The notes below the pieces were generated by a model. It was given only the letters and a program-made list of their open reading frames with translations, ran no database searches and was not told the DNA's origin. Positions 41,101 to 53,300 of a DNA stretch of 64,000 nt are shown in pieces. The DNA is from Raillietiella orientalis (lineage: Eukaryota): the NCBI GenBank assembly GCA_036172245.1, contig JAYWIR010000014.1, forward strand, positions 186,001 through 250,000, in the 5' to 3' direction. Position 1 is the first letter of the stretch, and each line of letters begins with the position of its first letter. Made by a program: the position numbers and the translations under genes.

Positions 41101-41450
41101 AGACTGCGCTGCCCTCCGGACCGTGTGGTTGCGTTACGCAAGGGCGCTTGGTGCATCGATGGACAATCCCAGGGACGTGATAAAGCGTCTCTCCGTGCAC
41201 GATGCCCTTTCTCCTGCCGCATCCCTAGCAGTTCTTTGTTGCCTATGCAAGAAAGAGGGATTGTGATGGTCTGGAGCTATGCAAGAGGAGGACGGTGCGA
41301 TAGGGACACCATGCACTACGCCCTGCGCTTCATGAGGACGGCAGCTAGATGGCCATACTCGGACATACTCGGATGGAACTTGTAGGCATCCTGGAAAGGA
41401 TGCAAAGGAGGCTCTCTAGCTCCCGGTGGTCCTTTTCCTAATTACTGTCA
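38200..41450 (+). mobile_element. Most complete L1/Tx1 ORF2 relic in the window (endonuclease traces, RT, zf-RVT, C-terminus); frameshifted
   Basis: ISPEQTYAVP/GRSMDDNL (~39325-39385), KAFDCVDQELLLKLLERLGF (39565-), IRQGEFKLSP (~39725), SAYADHL (39857-39877), LEVNRAKS, FKYLGVPLG (40051-), LCYPSRNERLGV, LLHWSLP and HYALRFMRTAARWPY. Confidence 0.88.
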
Positions 41451-42899
41451 CCAGTTCGAGAGGAACATTAACTTCGTCAGTTCGTTCCACTAGATATTTG
41501 CCTCCTGTAGGTAGAGCAAACACGTTGCGAGGACCATCAGCGCATTTCTCTTGAAGACGTTCGCGAACTGGGAATCCTGTTTTTGATCGTGTCATGTATC
41601 TAATTTCCTTGTTTTCACCGTAAGCTCCTGTTTACCAAGCTCTTCATTGTTCGGGTACTGGAATGGAGATAACCTTAATGGCAATTACCTTCTTGGTTCC
41701 CGGGGAAGAGTGACAGCCGTTTTACAGGTTGTCAGCTTTACAAAAGACTTTTCATTACAGTAATAGAATCAACACAAATTTCAGCTATGCCCCTCCCCTT
41801 ATTCAGAGGAGGAAGGAAAATTACATCTATAACTACATCGGAACTGTACAAAAGGCTTCACGATTTTCCGTACAAACGGAACTCGGCCGAATACAAAACA
41901 GGCAGATAATTGGTCACATTAAGGAGCCAGGCAAATAGCTTCGTAAAGCCGCGATATCTTGCGCATTAATTTTTTAGTTCCTCAACTTCAGTAAATATTT
42001 GTTTGTTCCCACGGTGATGGTTCGATCGATATCTGTAGACGTGCCTATGACACTCCGAAACTGTCACCAAAAAGTTTTGCAAAAGCACCCGTGTTCCAGA
42101 TTCTGTAGTCGGAATATTCCATGGTTCGTGACTCCCGGATATTCGCCAGGATGAGCGGAACACTACGTCCATCGTAGCCTAGAAGGTTTTCGCGCACTAG
42201 ATAACATGTGTATTCATAAGAGAACTAACTACGAGCTGCGCAGAATGTGTCATGTTGGTCCGAAGCAACAACGATGTCCGATGCTGAGAGTTTCCGTGCT
42301 ACGTGACGCGTTCTATTGATTTCCAGGCTGGGAACGCTTCAGAAACTGACGCAGCTCTTTGCAAGAACAGGAGAACTGCATAGTTGCATTTGGAAGTTTG
42401 GTACATGAGTAACGTTCAAGAAGGGTTGAAACCCCACATCCACCACGCTCGTTTCCCAACCAGTTGTTCTCGGACTCGAGGTCTGCATCAATCGTCATTC
42501 TTTACTAAATACGAGATCTAGTCGGGATAATTTCGATTTTTGGATGCACTCCATGAGATTTCCATTATGACTGTCTGGAAGAAGCCTTTTCTCTCCGAGA
42601 GCCGAGTTCCATCTTCCCGGGCAAGCAGCTTGAAAAATTCCCTTGCATCCCTCCTCCCTTCAGGTGTTGGCGAAGGATCGAGCCGAGCCAAGTTGCATTC
42701 TTGCTAGCTCAGCCCCAATTTTGCGATGGAGGAGTATCCTCCACTCGAGGATCAAGGATTCATTTCCTTTTCAAGCGAAACTCAGATAAACAGAGGACCA
42801 ACTTTCATCCAAGGGAATATCTAACACACAATAAAGAGGTCACGAATTTTTTTCAGTCAAGAGTTCTTTCGAATCTTCCCCTGAGTTGCTTCCTACAAG

Positions 42900-43330
42900 A
42901 TGAGGGAGTTGTGCACTACCTGATCCACGTGGACGACTATCGTTAGCAACACACATTCAAGTGTTTGCCCCCGTATGCAGTCAGCCGAACGTCAGAGTGC
43001 ACCTTGCGTACGGGAGCTGCACAATCTGTGCCCGTAGCCATCCTCTACCATTACGTCGCACAGTGCATGTCCGGGACGGGGAACAGTTGGACTCCGACTT
43101 CGCAGGCGCGCGTATCCGTCTGGAGATCAAGCAGGAGGAGGGATGACTGGCGTCATCCCGCTTGACCAAAGAAGGTGGAGCAATGCGGCCAGGCGCTTAA
43201 GGTTCGATCCGCCCTGGATGCAATATCAGGCACAACCGAGGAGGATTTTGGGATCCCTGACGACGACGTCAGGAGTGGTCAGGGGTCCATCCTGCTTAAC
43301 CGCTGCAACGGATCGCCCTGCAGTGCAATG
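42900..43330 (+). mobile_element. L1/Tx1 ORF1-like remnant
   Basis: HLAYGSC...GARIRLEIKQ...MQYQAQPRR follows the ORF1 pattern LxxYGxV...GxR...YxGQPxxC. Confidence 0.45.
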
Positions 43331-44517
43331 TCCTGTTAAAAGACCCATCACTTCAGGAAGAGGCCCAGTAAAAATGGCGTCATCTCGAAGAACGGTCGTC
43401 CTCGAACCGACCCCGATGGTCCGCGGCGAGTGCGCACAAGCGCAGCCGCCGCAGATGCCTCCGCGCTCTGCGGGGGCGTCCGCAGTCGCTCACCATGACG
43501 GTGAGCGCACTCCGGTCGAAACCTTCGTCTTCTCTTCTTCTGTACTGCCAGAACTCATTGCACGATCCTTCGATTCGAGTGCGTATTGATCACCATCCCG
43601 TCTGGTTCCATCGCAGGAGGGGGGGGGGGGAGGAGAAGGGGGAACAAATGGCTTTTGTTCAGCTCAATTGCCTTCGTTCCTCTCAGTGCAGCTGTTTCTG
43701 GACCTGCAGCTCATTTCGAACTTCTCCGTCATTGTGGGTGGCGAGCATTTTTCGGATTCTGCTAGGGTGCAGCATCACTCGAACAAAGGGATGCCTCTTC
43801 TCTCGGCGCTTTTCGTCTCGCTTCCTCGGGACCTGATTATCCAAAAACGGGCAAGTGGGAGGAGGAGCACGTTCACGAGGAATCTCCAAGGCCGACATGG
43901 GAGGCGGTCGAGGATTCGGCAGCGAGGTCGTTTCCAATGAGAACAACAGATGCCACTTTTCTTCGGCACGGTGTTGCAGAGGAATCCTCATATGACCGGA
44001 TCTTCCTTTGAGGAATCTCCCCGCCATGCTCGCGCGGAGCGCGTGTCTGGCATGAGCGTTCGACACCAAGAAGAAAGGTTCACGAGAGAGGATCTTGTGA
44101 CGTCAGCGATGACGCCAGCTACGGGAAGATGTTGGGTGTTTCCATGGAAAACGGACTGGAGGTTCATGTGCTTCTTGCTGTGACTCGGCTGCCCTGTCGG
44201 TTCGATGGTTCCCTCTACACCCTCGAGTCATGCTGACTGTCATCTGCATGGCCGCCCGCAGCAGCCGTAACACCAATTCGCTGCGAGCGTAACAAGGTGC
44301 GTCCTTGTTCCCTCCAGGTCAGTCGCAAGTCAATCATCAGCACGCCTCGGCGGGGAGCATCCCTAATGAATGAGACCACTGCAGAATTGTGGAAACTCTT
44401 CCTCCTTCTCACGTGCTTCAGGAATGCTCTCGGGGCTACAAGAGGGATGGAAATGCATCGCAGGGGCGTTCCAGCTGCCCAAGGATGTCTCCCAGGACCT
44501 GTCTCTTCTCTGGAGAC

Positions 44518-44904
44518 CTTCTGTCACGTGAGAGCGAACAGTGGTCTCCAGAGTGGAAGAGGAGCGCTGCCGTCATCAAAGGGAGCCGTCGCCCTCTTGG
44601 AAGGCGCGTTGCGGAGCAGCCCCAGCTGAGGAGCGAAGTGCGAAGGAGCACCTGTTTCGAAGCAACCGTCGACGGGGGCACTCCATTCCCTCCCCTCGCG
44701 TCCCTGCCCGATGTAAACCCTTTGGTATCACCACCGTGGGGCCGGTCCATCCCACCCTTACTTGTTTGTTCGTGTTTCGACCTCTTTCCCTTCGTCTACT
44801 CGCTTCCCAATTCCGTTCCCAGTGATGTAGAGCCCCTTTTCTTCCGAGCCGCCCCCAGTAGCGGCCCTTCTTTTGCCGCACAAATTTCGCTTACTGATTT
44901 TTAA
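44518..44904 (+). mobile_element. Dispersed repeat copy B (~385 bp)
   Basis: Closely similar to 22621-23006; the ORF track gives near-identical translations. Confidence 0.75.
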
Positions 44905-45299
44905 ATAACCTGTCCGGTGATCCGGGATGAGGAGTAGGTTGCAGGATTCTCCTCCTTTTGTCTCTTTTTTTCTGGGACCGCGACGAGACAACGAGAAATC
45001 GCCAGTCTCGCAGGGGACTCGTTCATCCCTCATCTGGGCTCCACGTCAGGGACCCCCCGAGAAACACTGTCGGAGCGAGCATCCATCATCCGTGGGTGCG
45101 AGCATAGAAGGCGAGACGATTCTCCCTCAACGTGCACAACGGGGGAAAGGGGAACTGGAGTAGTTTCCTCCGCAACTTCCCCTTAGTGCATGGGGAGAAG
45201 GCACTTTCGCGTGCTCGTCGTGTCTCGGCGCGGCAGATGCTCAAAGCTCAAAGTCATGGCAATCCTTCCTTGTCATCTGGAGCGGATGAATCAAAAGAG

Positions 45300-45700
45300 G
45301 AGAACGAAGTCGTGAAGGTTTTCGGGCTAAAGATCCCGCTTTCGATGAACCGGAAACGAGACCAAGCACCGTTGCCAGGACAGCAAGAGTCGGGCTTTTC
45401 CGTTTGGCAGGATGCGCAGGTTTGCTGGCTTCGGGCTTTTCGAGTGTCCCACAGTCCAGAGGCAAGAAGAGGCTGGCAAGACCAGAGAAAAGATCTTTAG
45501 AAGGAAGCTGCAGATGACCTGCTTCCCACAGGTGGTGATCCGGAAAGCATCCGGAATCCCAGACCATCTCTTTACCTCTTCTGCAACAGACCCCACACAT
45601 GTGTGCTCCTGCATAACGACAAAGGGAATGTGACAGTAGAGTACAGGAGCGATCCGTGAGAGAAGAGCTTCCATCCATGATGCGAACCAGGCAGGCAAAC
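45300..45700 (-). mobile_element. L1/Tx1 ORF1-like remnant
   Basis: VKRWSGIPDAFRITTCGKQV...SCLWTVGH resembles the ORF1 region leading into a decayed zinc knuckle. Confidence 0.35.
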
Positions 45701-45999
45701 GCCAGAATACGATATGAACTAAGGTAAAAAAATAAAAAATAAAAACAAAAATAAAATCGCGTGACTCCTTCAAAACATAGTCTACCAGAACTGCAAAAAG
45801 TCTGTGGTGGTCTACTTCCCCGATGGCCTTTCATGATAAGGATGGAGTGACTCTGACTTGTTTTTCCTCTTTTCTCCCCTTTAAAATGGGGCACGTGTAT
45901 CGAACTACCAATGAGTCTTCATCGACAAAAAATAATTATCGTCGCCTGCTAAAAGCCTCTTCAACACCTCGAGAAGGGGAGAGGGCTCTTGCTCACATT

Positions 46000-48900
46000 T
46001 CCAAGGCCCCTCGGCCCAACGAACGAAGCTTTTCGAAATGAAGAGGAGATCATCACGAAATATACCCATGCCAATGATCCATGGTTTTAGATTGATTTTA
46101 TTGTAGATGTTAGAGAATATGCAACTTGATCTTTCGGTGAGAAGGGGAGGCGGGGTTGAGGAGAAAGGAATGGCACGGTAATTCGGGAGACCTCGGCGGA
46201 TGATTGAGGCGTGTTGTTTCCGGAGTGGAAGGAGGAATTTCTGACCTGAGAACAAAGAAGTCTTCTGAAGAAGAATCGAGAAGAAAGAACCGAGACAGCA
46301 GAAAGTCATTCCGGGTTGCGTCCGGCAAATGCTGGGCCGCTCGTCCCTAAAAAGAGAATTTCAGGCTTTATCCTCCAGGATCCACGATCCTCGAAGTTAT
46401 CTCTCTAGAAGTCAGCCCCAAGCGATGCTCTATCAAAGCCAGATTTATTTCCAGATTTTTGTTTCCACGACTAGATGGAGCTGAAGAACGAGGCTATCTC
46501 GGCTTGCAGCAGAAACGCGCTCAAAAAAGGGAAAGGAGAAATCCTTTCGAGGGGTAGTAGCGCTCTACACCTACACACGGTGAAAGATTTTCGAGTCTCC
46601 CTTCATCCGCTGCATCCGTCTTCTTGATGCGATTCCAAGGAAGCAAGACATCCAGAAACAGCGCAGCATTAGAATTATCAGTGTTGAGCATAATCCAGGG
46701 TTTCGGGATTGCTGCTGTAAAGCACTCAGCGGGAAGAAGCAGGATGATCCCTTCTGCAACGGAGAAGAGCTGTGCTTGCGAGAGGTCCATCCGTCCTTTT
46801 CCTCTGGGGTGCCCTACCGCTTGAGCCGGGAAGTGCCTTCCCGAAAGACAAACTCGGTGGAAAATCCTCGTTTCTTGTTCTCCGCCTCCTTCCTAGGATG
46901 CGGTTCCATCCTAGGGCTGCCGTCGGCGGAGCCGACGCACGCCGTGTGATTCTGGTGGTCATCGCCATGCAATCAGAGAGCCTGTGAGCATCTGCTGTTC
47001 ACACTGGTCCTTGGTGTCATCCTTGATTCGATCTTCCAGAGCGTCAAGGGGACCACTGAAAGGAGCTCCCGGATCGGAACTGGGTAAGCCACTTCTCAGT
47101 CTCACTTCTCCGGAGGCAGCATTAGATCAGCTCCTCGAGAATAGATCACTTGGGCAGCTGGTGAAATCGCAAATGTGATTGGGCGCGCTCAGCAAGCAAC
47201 ATGATGTTCGTTGTCGTTCCATCTGTTGCCTCTCCTCAAATCAAGTGGAAAAGTATCTTGTCCGAGATGAATAGGACGCTGCCAAGCTGCCTTGAGCTGC
47301 TGATTTGAAGGAAAGATCTGAAACTACGGTTCTCCGGCTGCTTCTCTAGATATTTCTGCGTCTATTCCTTGGACCTCGCGAAAGTGCCTTCTCTGAAACC
47401 CACAGATCGTGTTCTCCGGACAGGAGTTTATTGCGTGTGTTTGGCCTCCAATGTCCCTTTCTGAAACCACAGGGTCCCAGCCGCTTTCGGACAAGAGGCC
47501 GAGGCTATGCACGCACAGCCTCCTGAGGTAAACGCCTAGATTGTCTCCTTACGAGAAGGACAGTATCCTGCCTAGGAGGGGAAGTCTTCTGAATAAAAGG
47601 AGCAAGGAAGACGAGGTCGGTCGGACACCGCTCCCGCGTTTGCGAGGGGTGGTTTGCGTTTGCGAAAGGTGGTTCAGGAGGATGACGAGAAGGAGTGAAG
47701 GAGAACGACTGAAGCGAGGGCTGCGCAGCCACCTTTCGAACATCCTTCAGGAGATCCGTAGTTCCTTGGAGCTTTCTTTGGGACCTGGATCCTCCATCAC
47801 TCAGCAGCACCATTCCTCACCTTGTTCTATGATCCTTCTAACCCTCTCGGGAGGCTCCTCCAATGTCCACCAAACCTCTAGGATCTCTGGAGAGCAGATC
47901 GATCACTTCAGTCATCTGCGGCGCTCGGCCGCTGCCCTCTCATCTGTGATGCATCTCCGCGTCACAGCATCCCGTGCTCTTTTGCACTTAAGTGCTACTA
48001 GCACCCATATCTTTTGCTCCCTACAACTTTGTCCATTTCTTTCAGAAGTCTCGTGAACCCTCCCATCTATCTCATGATTTTCCAGCCTGATGCCAATTCG
48101 CCAGGGCTTCCTCAGGCATCTCATGCGACTCCTCGAAATCCTCTGGATTTGCCTCAGCATCCTGGATCTCATGGCCACGAAATCCTGCTTGAAGAAGGAA
48201 GATGGGAAGAGTTTCCGTTTTCTTGCTCCCTTCCGGTGATTGAATTCCCCTGCTAAAGAGAACGGTGGGAAGCTTTTTTCCCACTTCTAGAGAAGCTACC
48301 CTTCGTCTTCTCTCGAGAAATCGCGCCCCTCCACCCCTTTTCCCGTCATGTTTTCCATCCTCTCTGCGGAGGGTTTTTCAAAGATATTCCGCTGGATGAA
48401 CCTCAGACGCGGAAGAGTCGTCTTCAGAGGGATCCTCGTTATCATGAGCTCCTTAATACTCAAGATTGCGACTGTTAAGGATGGATTGACACTGCAGCAC
48501 CATCTGGTTCCCGGAAAGCCGAACTCCTCTGAGGCACAGCTTCATCTTTAGAAGAAAAAATAGACAATCTCCTCCCAGGACTCAAAGGTTCATCGTACAT
48601 GGGTCTCAAGCCTGTGGGTCTCAAGGAATCCTCTAGGCCCATAGGAAGTCTCATCCCCTGTGGGACATCTCATGCTGGTTGAGCGATAGATGTCGCCGGA
48701 GGGGTGGATCAGGGAAAGGATGGGCGCTTACGAAAACACAAAAAGCGTCGATCCCATTCCCTGAAAGAAATGGGGAGGGAGAGAGGCTTGCAGCTCCTTA
48801 CACAAGAAGTAGCCGCTCTTCTTCTTCTGACTTCCAGAAAGTCAGTTTGGCGTAGTCACCCTTCCTTCCCGTTCTCCTATAGACGGAGAAGAACCGCATT

Positions 48901-50300
48901 TCTTCGGAAGTAAGGTTCCCCAGCTTCCACAGTCTTCCCAATGAGCTCCAGAAGCCGAACGAAACGCCTGATGATTACGTTCCCTTCTGCTTCGCCAGCC
49001 GCCCGAGGGAGACAGCGCATCCCAGCATCTGCGCTGCCTCATAGGGATCCATTCCTACAGTGGGCTTTCAACACCTCCCAACGTCCAGGCAAAGCTCCGC
49101 CACATCATTCTGGTGGGAACCATTGGAAGGGGGAAGGGGACGCTATGGCATGAACTCAAGAGAAGCCCTCCGGGGTTCAGGAGAACGATGACACTGGAGA
49201 GACGATTGGGAGAAACGCAGATGTGCCTTCGCTTCGTAAGGAAAGACTGCCCAACTGCCTCAGAGACTTTCCAAAAAAACTCGAAGAAAAGTCCATCATC
49301 CGCCGTCGGCCATCCTAAGGTCAAATGCATTGGAGTCTATTCGACATTTTGTGAAAGGAAGTGAAAGGAGTCACGATGGTCGCAACTGCAAAAAAGGAAA
49401 CGCTCCATCAGTAAAGAGTTCCACAGCAGTGGAAACTGCGGTGAAAGAAGAGCCCGACAGTGGGCTAGGAGGTGGGAGGACGCCAAAACCACCATGAAAA
49501 CAATGCTGCATCGAGGCGGTGCGTCGCAGGTACGACCCTTCAAGGTGTCGCAGCAGCGTTAGGAGGACCTTCAAAGAGCCAGGTCTTTCTAGGAACCATC
49601 TGAACCATCTTCCCTCTAGCTGGCAGTCATCTTGCGTCTTCGAACTCAGTCGAGTGAGCGTGCTGATGAGCACAGCTGCAGAGAGCAGCATTTCCGCATC
49701 CTGCCTGCCAAGTTCCTGAACCTGCCTCCGCCCTACAATCCCGTCCCGAACCCTCCGTCCTGCTTTGAGCGCCCGCAGGCCTCAAGGACCAATTTTGTCC
49801 CGAGACGCTTCCCTCGAGCCGCTTTTTTTCCCCTGGAAAGGAGGTTTCATCGGGAGAGCACAGATCTATCTCACCAGTATTTCTGACACAAAAAGTCCTT
49901 GACGCAGGGCCGGTCATCAGGTCACTTGCTCTGCTGCGTGAAGGTGTGCGAAAAAGCCAGCAGTAGGACTGCTTCCAGCTCTATCAGCATCGCACCGCCA
50001 GCTGGAGCCGGAGTTCTTGAAAGAGCCTCTTTACTTCCTCCAGACTCTTTCCCTCCATGTATTCTTGCCGAGGTTGGGTTTGCTATCTCCTGAGCCCAAC
50101 TTTTAGTTGCCGAGGAAGGATGCGAGGGACCTATAGGAATCGAGCAATAGCGGAGCTCCTGTAACAAATTTACTGCACTCCCCCATTCCAGAAGGATTCG
50201 TCTTTCCGTACGGACATTCCACATAGCCTGGAACGCGCCAGTGCCTTTACGACAATCACTGAGCAGAGCAGGGGTTCCTGTCTTAATGGTTACACCAAAC
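46000..50300 (-). mobile_element. Long, heavily decayed L1-type element (endonuclease and RT order preserved)
   Basis: IDLCSPDET (DIxxLQET-like, ~49845-49870), DLEY*GAHD (DFEKAYD-like, ~48440-48465) and KIWVL (KYLG position, ~48000). No long ORF. Confidence 0.45.
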
Positions 50301-53300
50301 GATGTGTGAGCTAGGGAGCAGGGTGGGCAGCAGGAGACCTGCCTTCCTGCTTTTTCCCAGATGGGCAGCCATCTTCATTCTCTTCGCAGCCTATCAGAAA
50401 GAACAAAGCGTTGTACTCTAATCATCAGACAAGAACATGGATGGACCCTCATTCTCGAATCCACTGACCTTTTCCGAAAGGACGAATAGCGACTCTAGAT
50501 GGGCGTCTTTCCTATCCCCGCCGCCTCAGAGGAAGGTGAGAGCTTACTGAGAAGGCCAACCGAGTTCTCTGTAAGCATACTAGATGGCTCTCCTTGCTCC
50601 TCTCTCCTTTTATTGCGAGTGCAAGTAGTGCCGCTCCTCCTCAAAAGTACCGCAAAGAAGGCTGCTGCGGGTAACTCTGCGTGCGAGCGGTTTCCCTCCT
50701 AGGCACGCGCCTGCGGAGCCACCTGGAAACAGAGTTCCTCTCTAGGACAGCGAGCGGTGTAGACTTGCCCTCTCCTGGAGGATAGGCGAACTCGCAACAT
50801 GAGTTCGGCAAGCTTCTCTTCGAGCTTCAGAAGCAGCATGGCCGCGTGTCGCTTCTGCTGTCCGGAAACGGGGGCCACGGTATGAGTGCGCTACCGCTGG
50901 CTCTCTTGAGCAAACTGTCTCCGAGGAGGAACTCGCCGATGAGCGTAGCTGTCCGGTCTCCTTCCCCCATCCTCCCTCAAGGGTCCTCCTGGGATCTGAA
51001 GTGAAGACGGATGACGGTCCCTACATCTCCTTCCTCCTTTTCTAGTCTGAAGACGAGAGGTGAGGGTGGGGGAGAGAAGGGAAGGGAAAGGCGAGGCGGT
51101 TGAGGGGAAAGAGAAAGCTCCTGCTGTTCCTCCCATCAAAGCTCCACTGCCGGACTCGTGAAAAGCGCGACGCCCTCCGGCGTTCCCTTCCCAAAGTGAA
51201 CACGGGACTAGAGAGCCGAGCATCCGGGACCAGCGTTCCTTGGGAGAGGAGGGGGAGGCTCCAGCCGGCCCATTTTGAGGGAGAGCGGCTCGCTTGTTCA
51301 CGGGAGGCGGGGTGCTAGTTTAAAGGAGTGGCGTCAGATTTGGGTGGGCGGTGGGAAGGAGAGAGCACTAGCCCAAGGGCCTCTGGTTCCGTAGGTGGGC
51401 GGGGACGGGATGACGGCCTAGGGAGGGGCGAGCTGGCGTCTGCGTCTGTCGGCATCTTCCCCCTGTTGCTCCCCAGAGTCCTGCAGAGGATCATCGTCGC
51501 CCATGATTGATCGGAGCGTCTCCCGTCACGCGGAACGCTGGTGACGCGCCCGCATCCGGGGAGCGCCGACCTTCCGTGACGGCGGGCGGGAGACGGCTGC
51601 GCGCGGCCACAACAATCATTAGGGAGGCGGAAGAGGAGGGGGGAGGGAAGGGGGAGGAGAAAGGAAAGGAAGAGGAGCTGCAGCCAAAGGAGGGAGCGGA
51701 AAGACAAAGATGGTTGCACTCATCCGGGAGACGCGGGAAGGAGCAACAATGAAATGGGGAAGACAAATCTCGCGCCCTAATGACCGGCAACGCGGAGTGA
51801 TGAGCGGTGGGAGGCCGGGGGCGGCTGCTTCCCTGAAATATGGTTGCCCTCCGCTGCCGGTGATCCGTTACTCCGTCTCAGGAATTCCCCCCAAAAGAAT
51901 AAGAAAGCAAGAAAGGAAAGTGTCCCCTTGGAAACAATCTTCCCTCAGTGACGTCATCCAGAGTTTTTCCTCCCCACGCGCATTCTTCGGTGGGGTCACC
52001 ACCGGAGGCTATGATCCCTGGGATGGAGGGGAGGACGCGGTTTCCTTGCCGAGGGCGCCACCACGATGCCGAAGAATGCTCCATTCGTGTTCCATGTCAA
52101 TGCGCGCTTGATTTTGTTCCTTCTGACTGTATGCTCCAGAACGACAGCTTCCCACTGCCCTGAGCCTTCCGTTCAGGGAGAGAGAGAGGGGGAAGAGGGG
52201 TTCGACTGTGAGTCGGGATCTCGGAGGTTGAGTGCGACGGCTTGAGAGAAGGGAAGAACGCCTCTCTCAATATCCCACCGGAACAGACCTCCGATGATGG
52301 AGGCGAACATCCCTCTCTTCCTGATGACAGTGCCATACTTTCTGGATCCTGCTCATGGCGGGAGAGCACTCCACGGCCACTTTAAACTGGCAGTCGGCCG
52401 ATCTCTTCGCCCCTTTTGAGCACTGCCGAAGTTTCTCTGCAAGAGGGCGCCTCGAAAGCCATTGTAGTGGTACGACGTCGTGGACTGAGAGGACCACCAG
52501 CATCCCAGAGGAAGAAGCGGATGAGCAGGGAGGAGGGACAGAGGAGTCTCTAGAAGCCCATGGAGCTCGATGCGTCCGAAAGACGCTGCGAGGGAGCCTC
52601 CGTGCCCGTACCGCGGCTGGGCTGAGGAGCTGCGCGTCGGCCCCGAAGCCGAGCTCTGGCTGCCTTTGCCGATGGAAAACACTTCGAGACTCTTCCGTTC
52701 CTTCCGCCTCCCTGGCTGGCGACGGAAAGGAGCGCTCAGACAAAAGGAAGCTTCTCCCGAGAGGGGGCGGCGTCCGTTGCCTGGAATCCGTAAGCTTCGC
52801 TTGCTCCGAGGAAGGGCAGCGCAACGCTCGCTCCGGTTGACGCAGAAAAGAGGTGGAAGTGACGGAAGCTCGTGAGCTCTCAGGGTAGGCGATCAGGAAG
52901 TGGCCACCTTTACCGTGCGCATCTGTTCCTCACATGCGCGTTTTACAGATGAGAGATCGGCGCAAAGGAACACAGAAAAAAGTGTGGAAGGAAGATGAGA
53001 GAACCAAGGGATGTTGCCACCCGTCCTTCTTCAAGAGCAGAAGCTGACGGGTCGCTCACTTTTCCTCAGGAAAGCTCGGTCATCTTCTGCTTCTGGAATT
53101 CTCTTAGTTCCTGCTCTTGCTTTCTCTTCCGCTTCGCCGTTGTAGAGGGGTTCCCTCGTTCTATCTGGTGGGGGTTCATCCATGCAAGTACCCTCGGAGG
53201 CAACGTCCTTCCCTCCTTTCCCCGTCCGAAGCGTCTTCTCGGGGAGGGGAGAAAGAGTCGACAAGCGAGAGGGAGCAGGTGGAAAGCTGTGGCAACGAGA

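Noticed and set aside
43172..43218. A-box-like TGGAGCAATGCGG followed by GGTTCGATCC (tRNA/SINE-like)
   Set aside because: Spacing is too short for a cloverleaf, there is no acceptor stem, and it lies inside an ORF1-like remnant.
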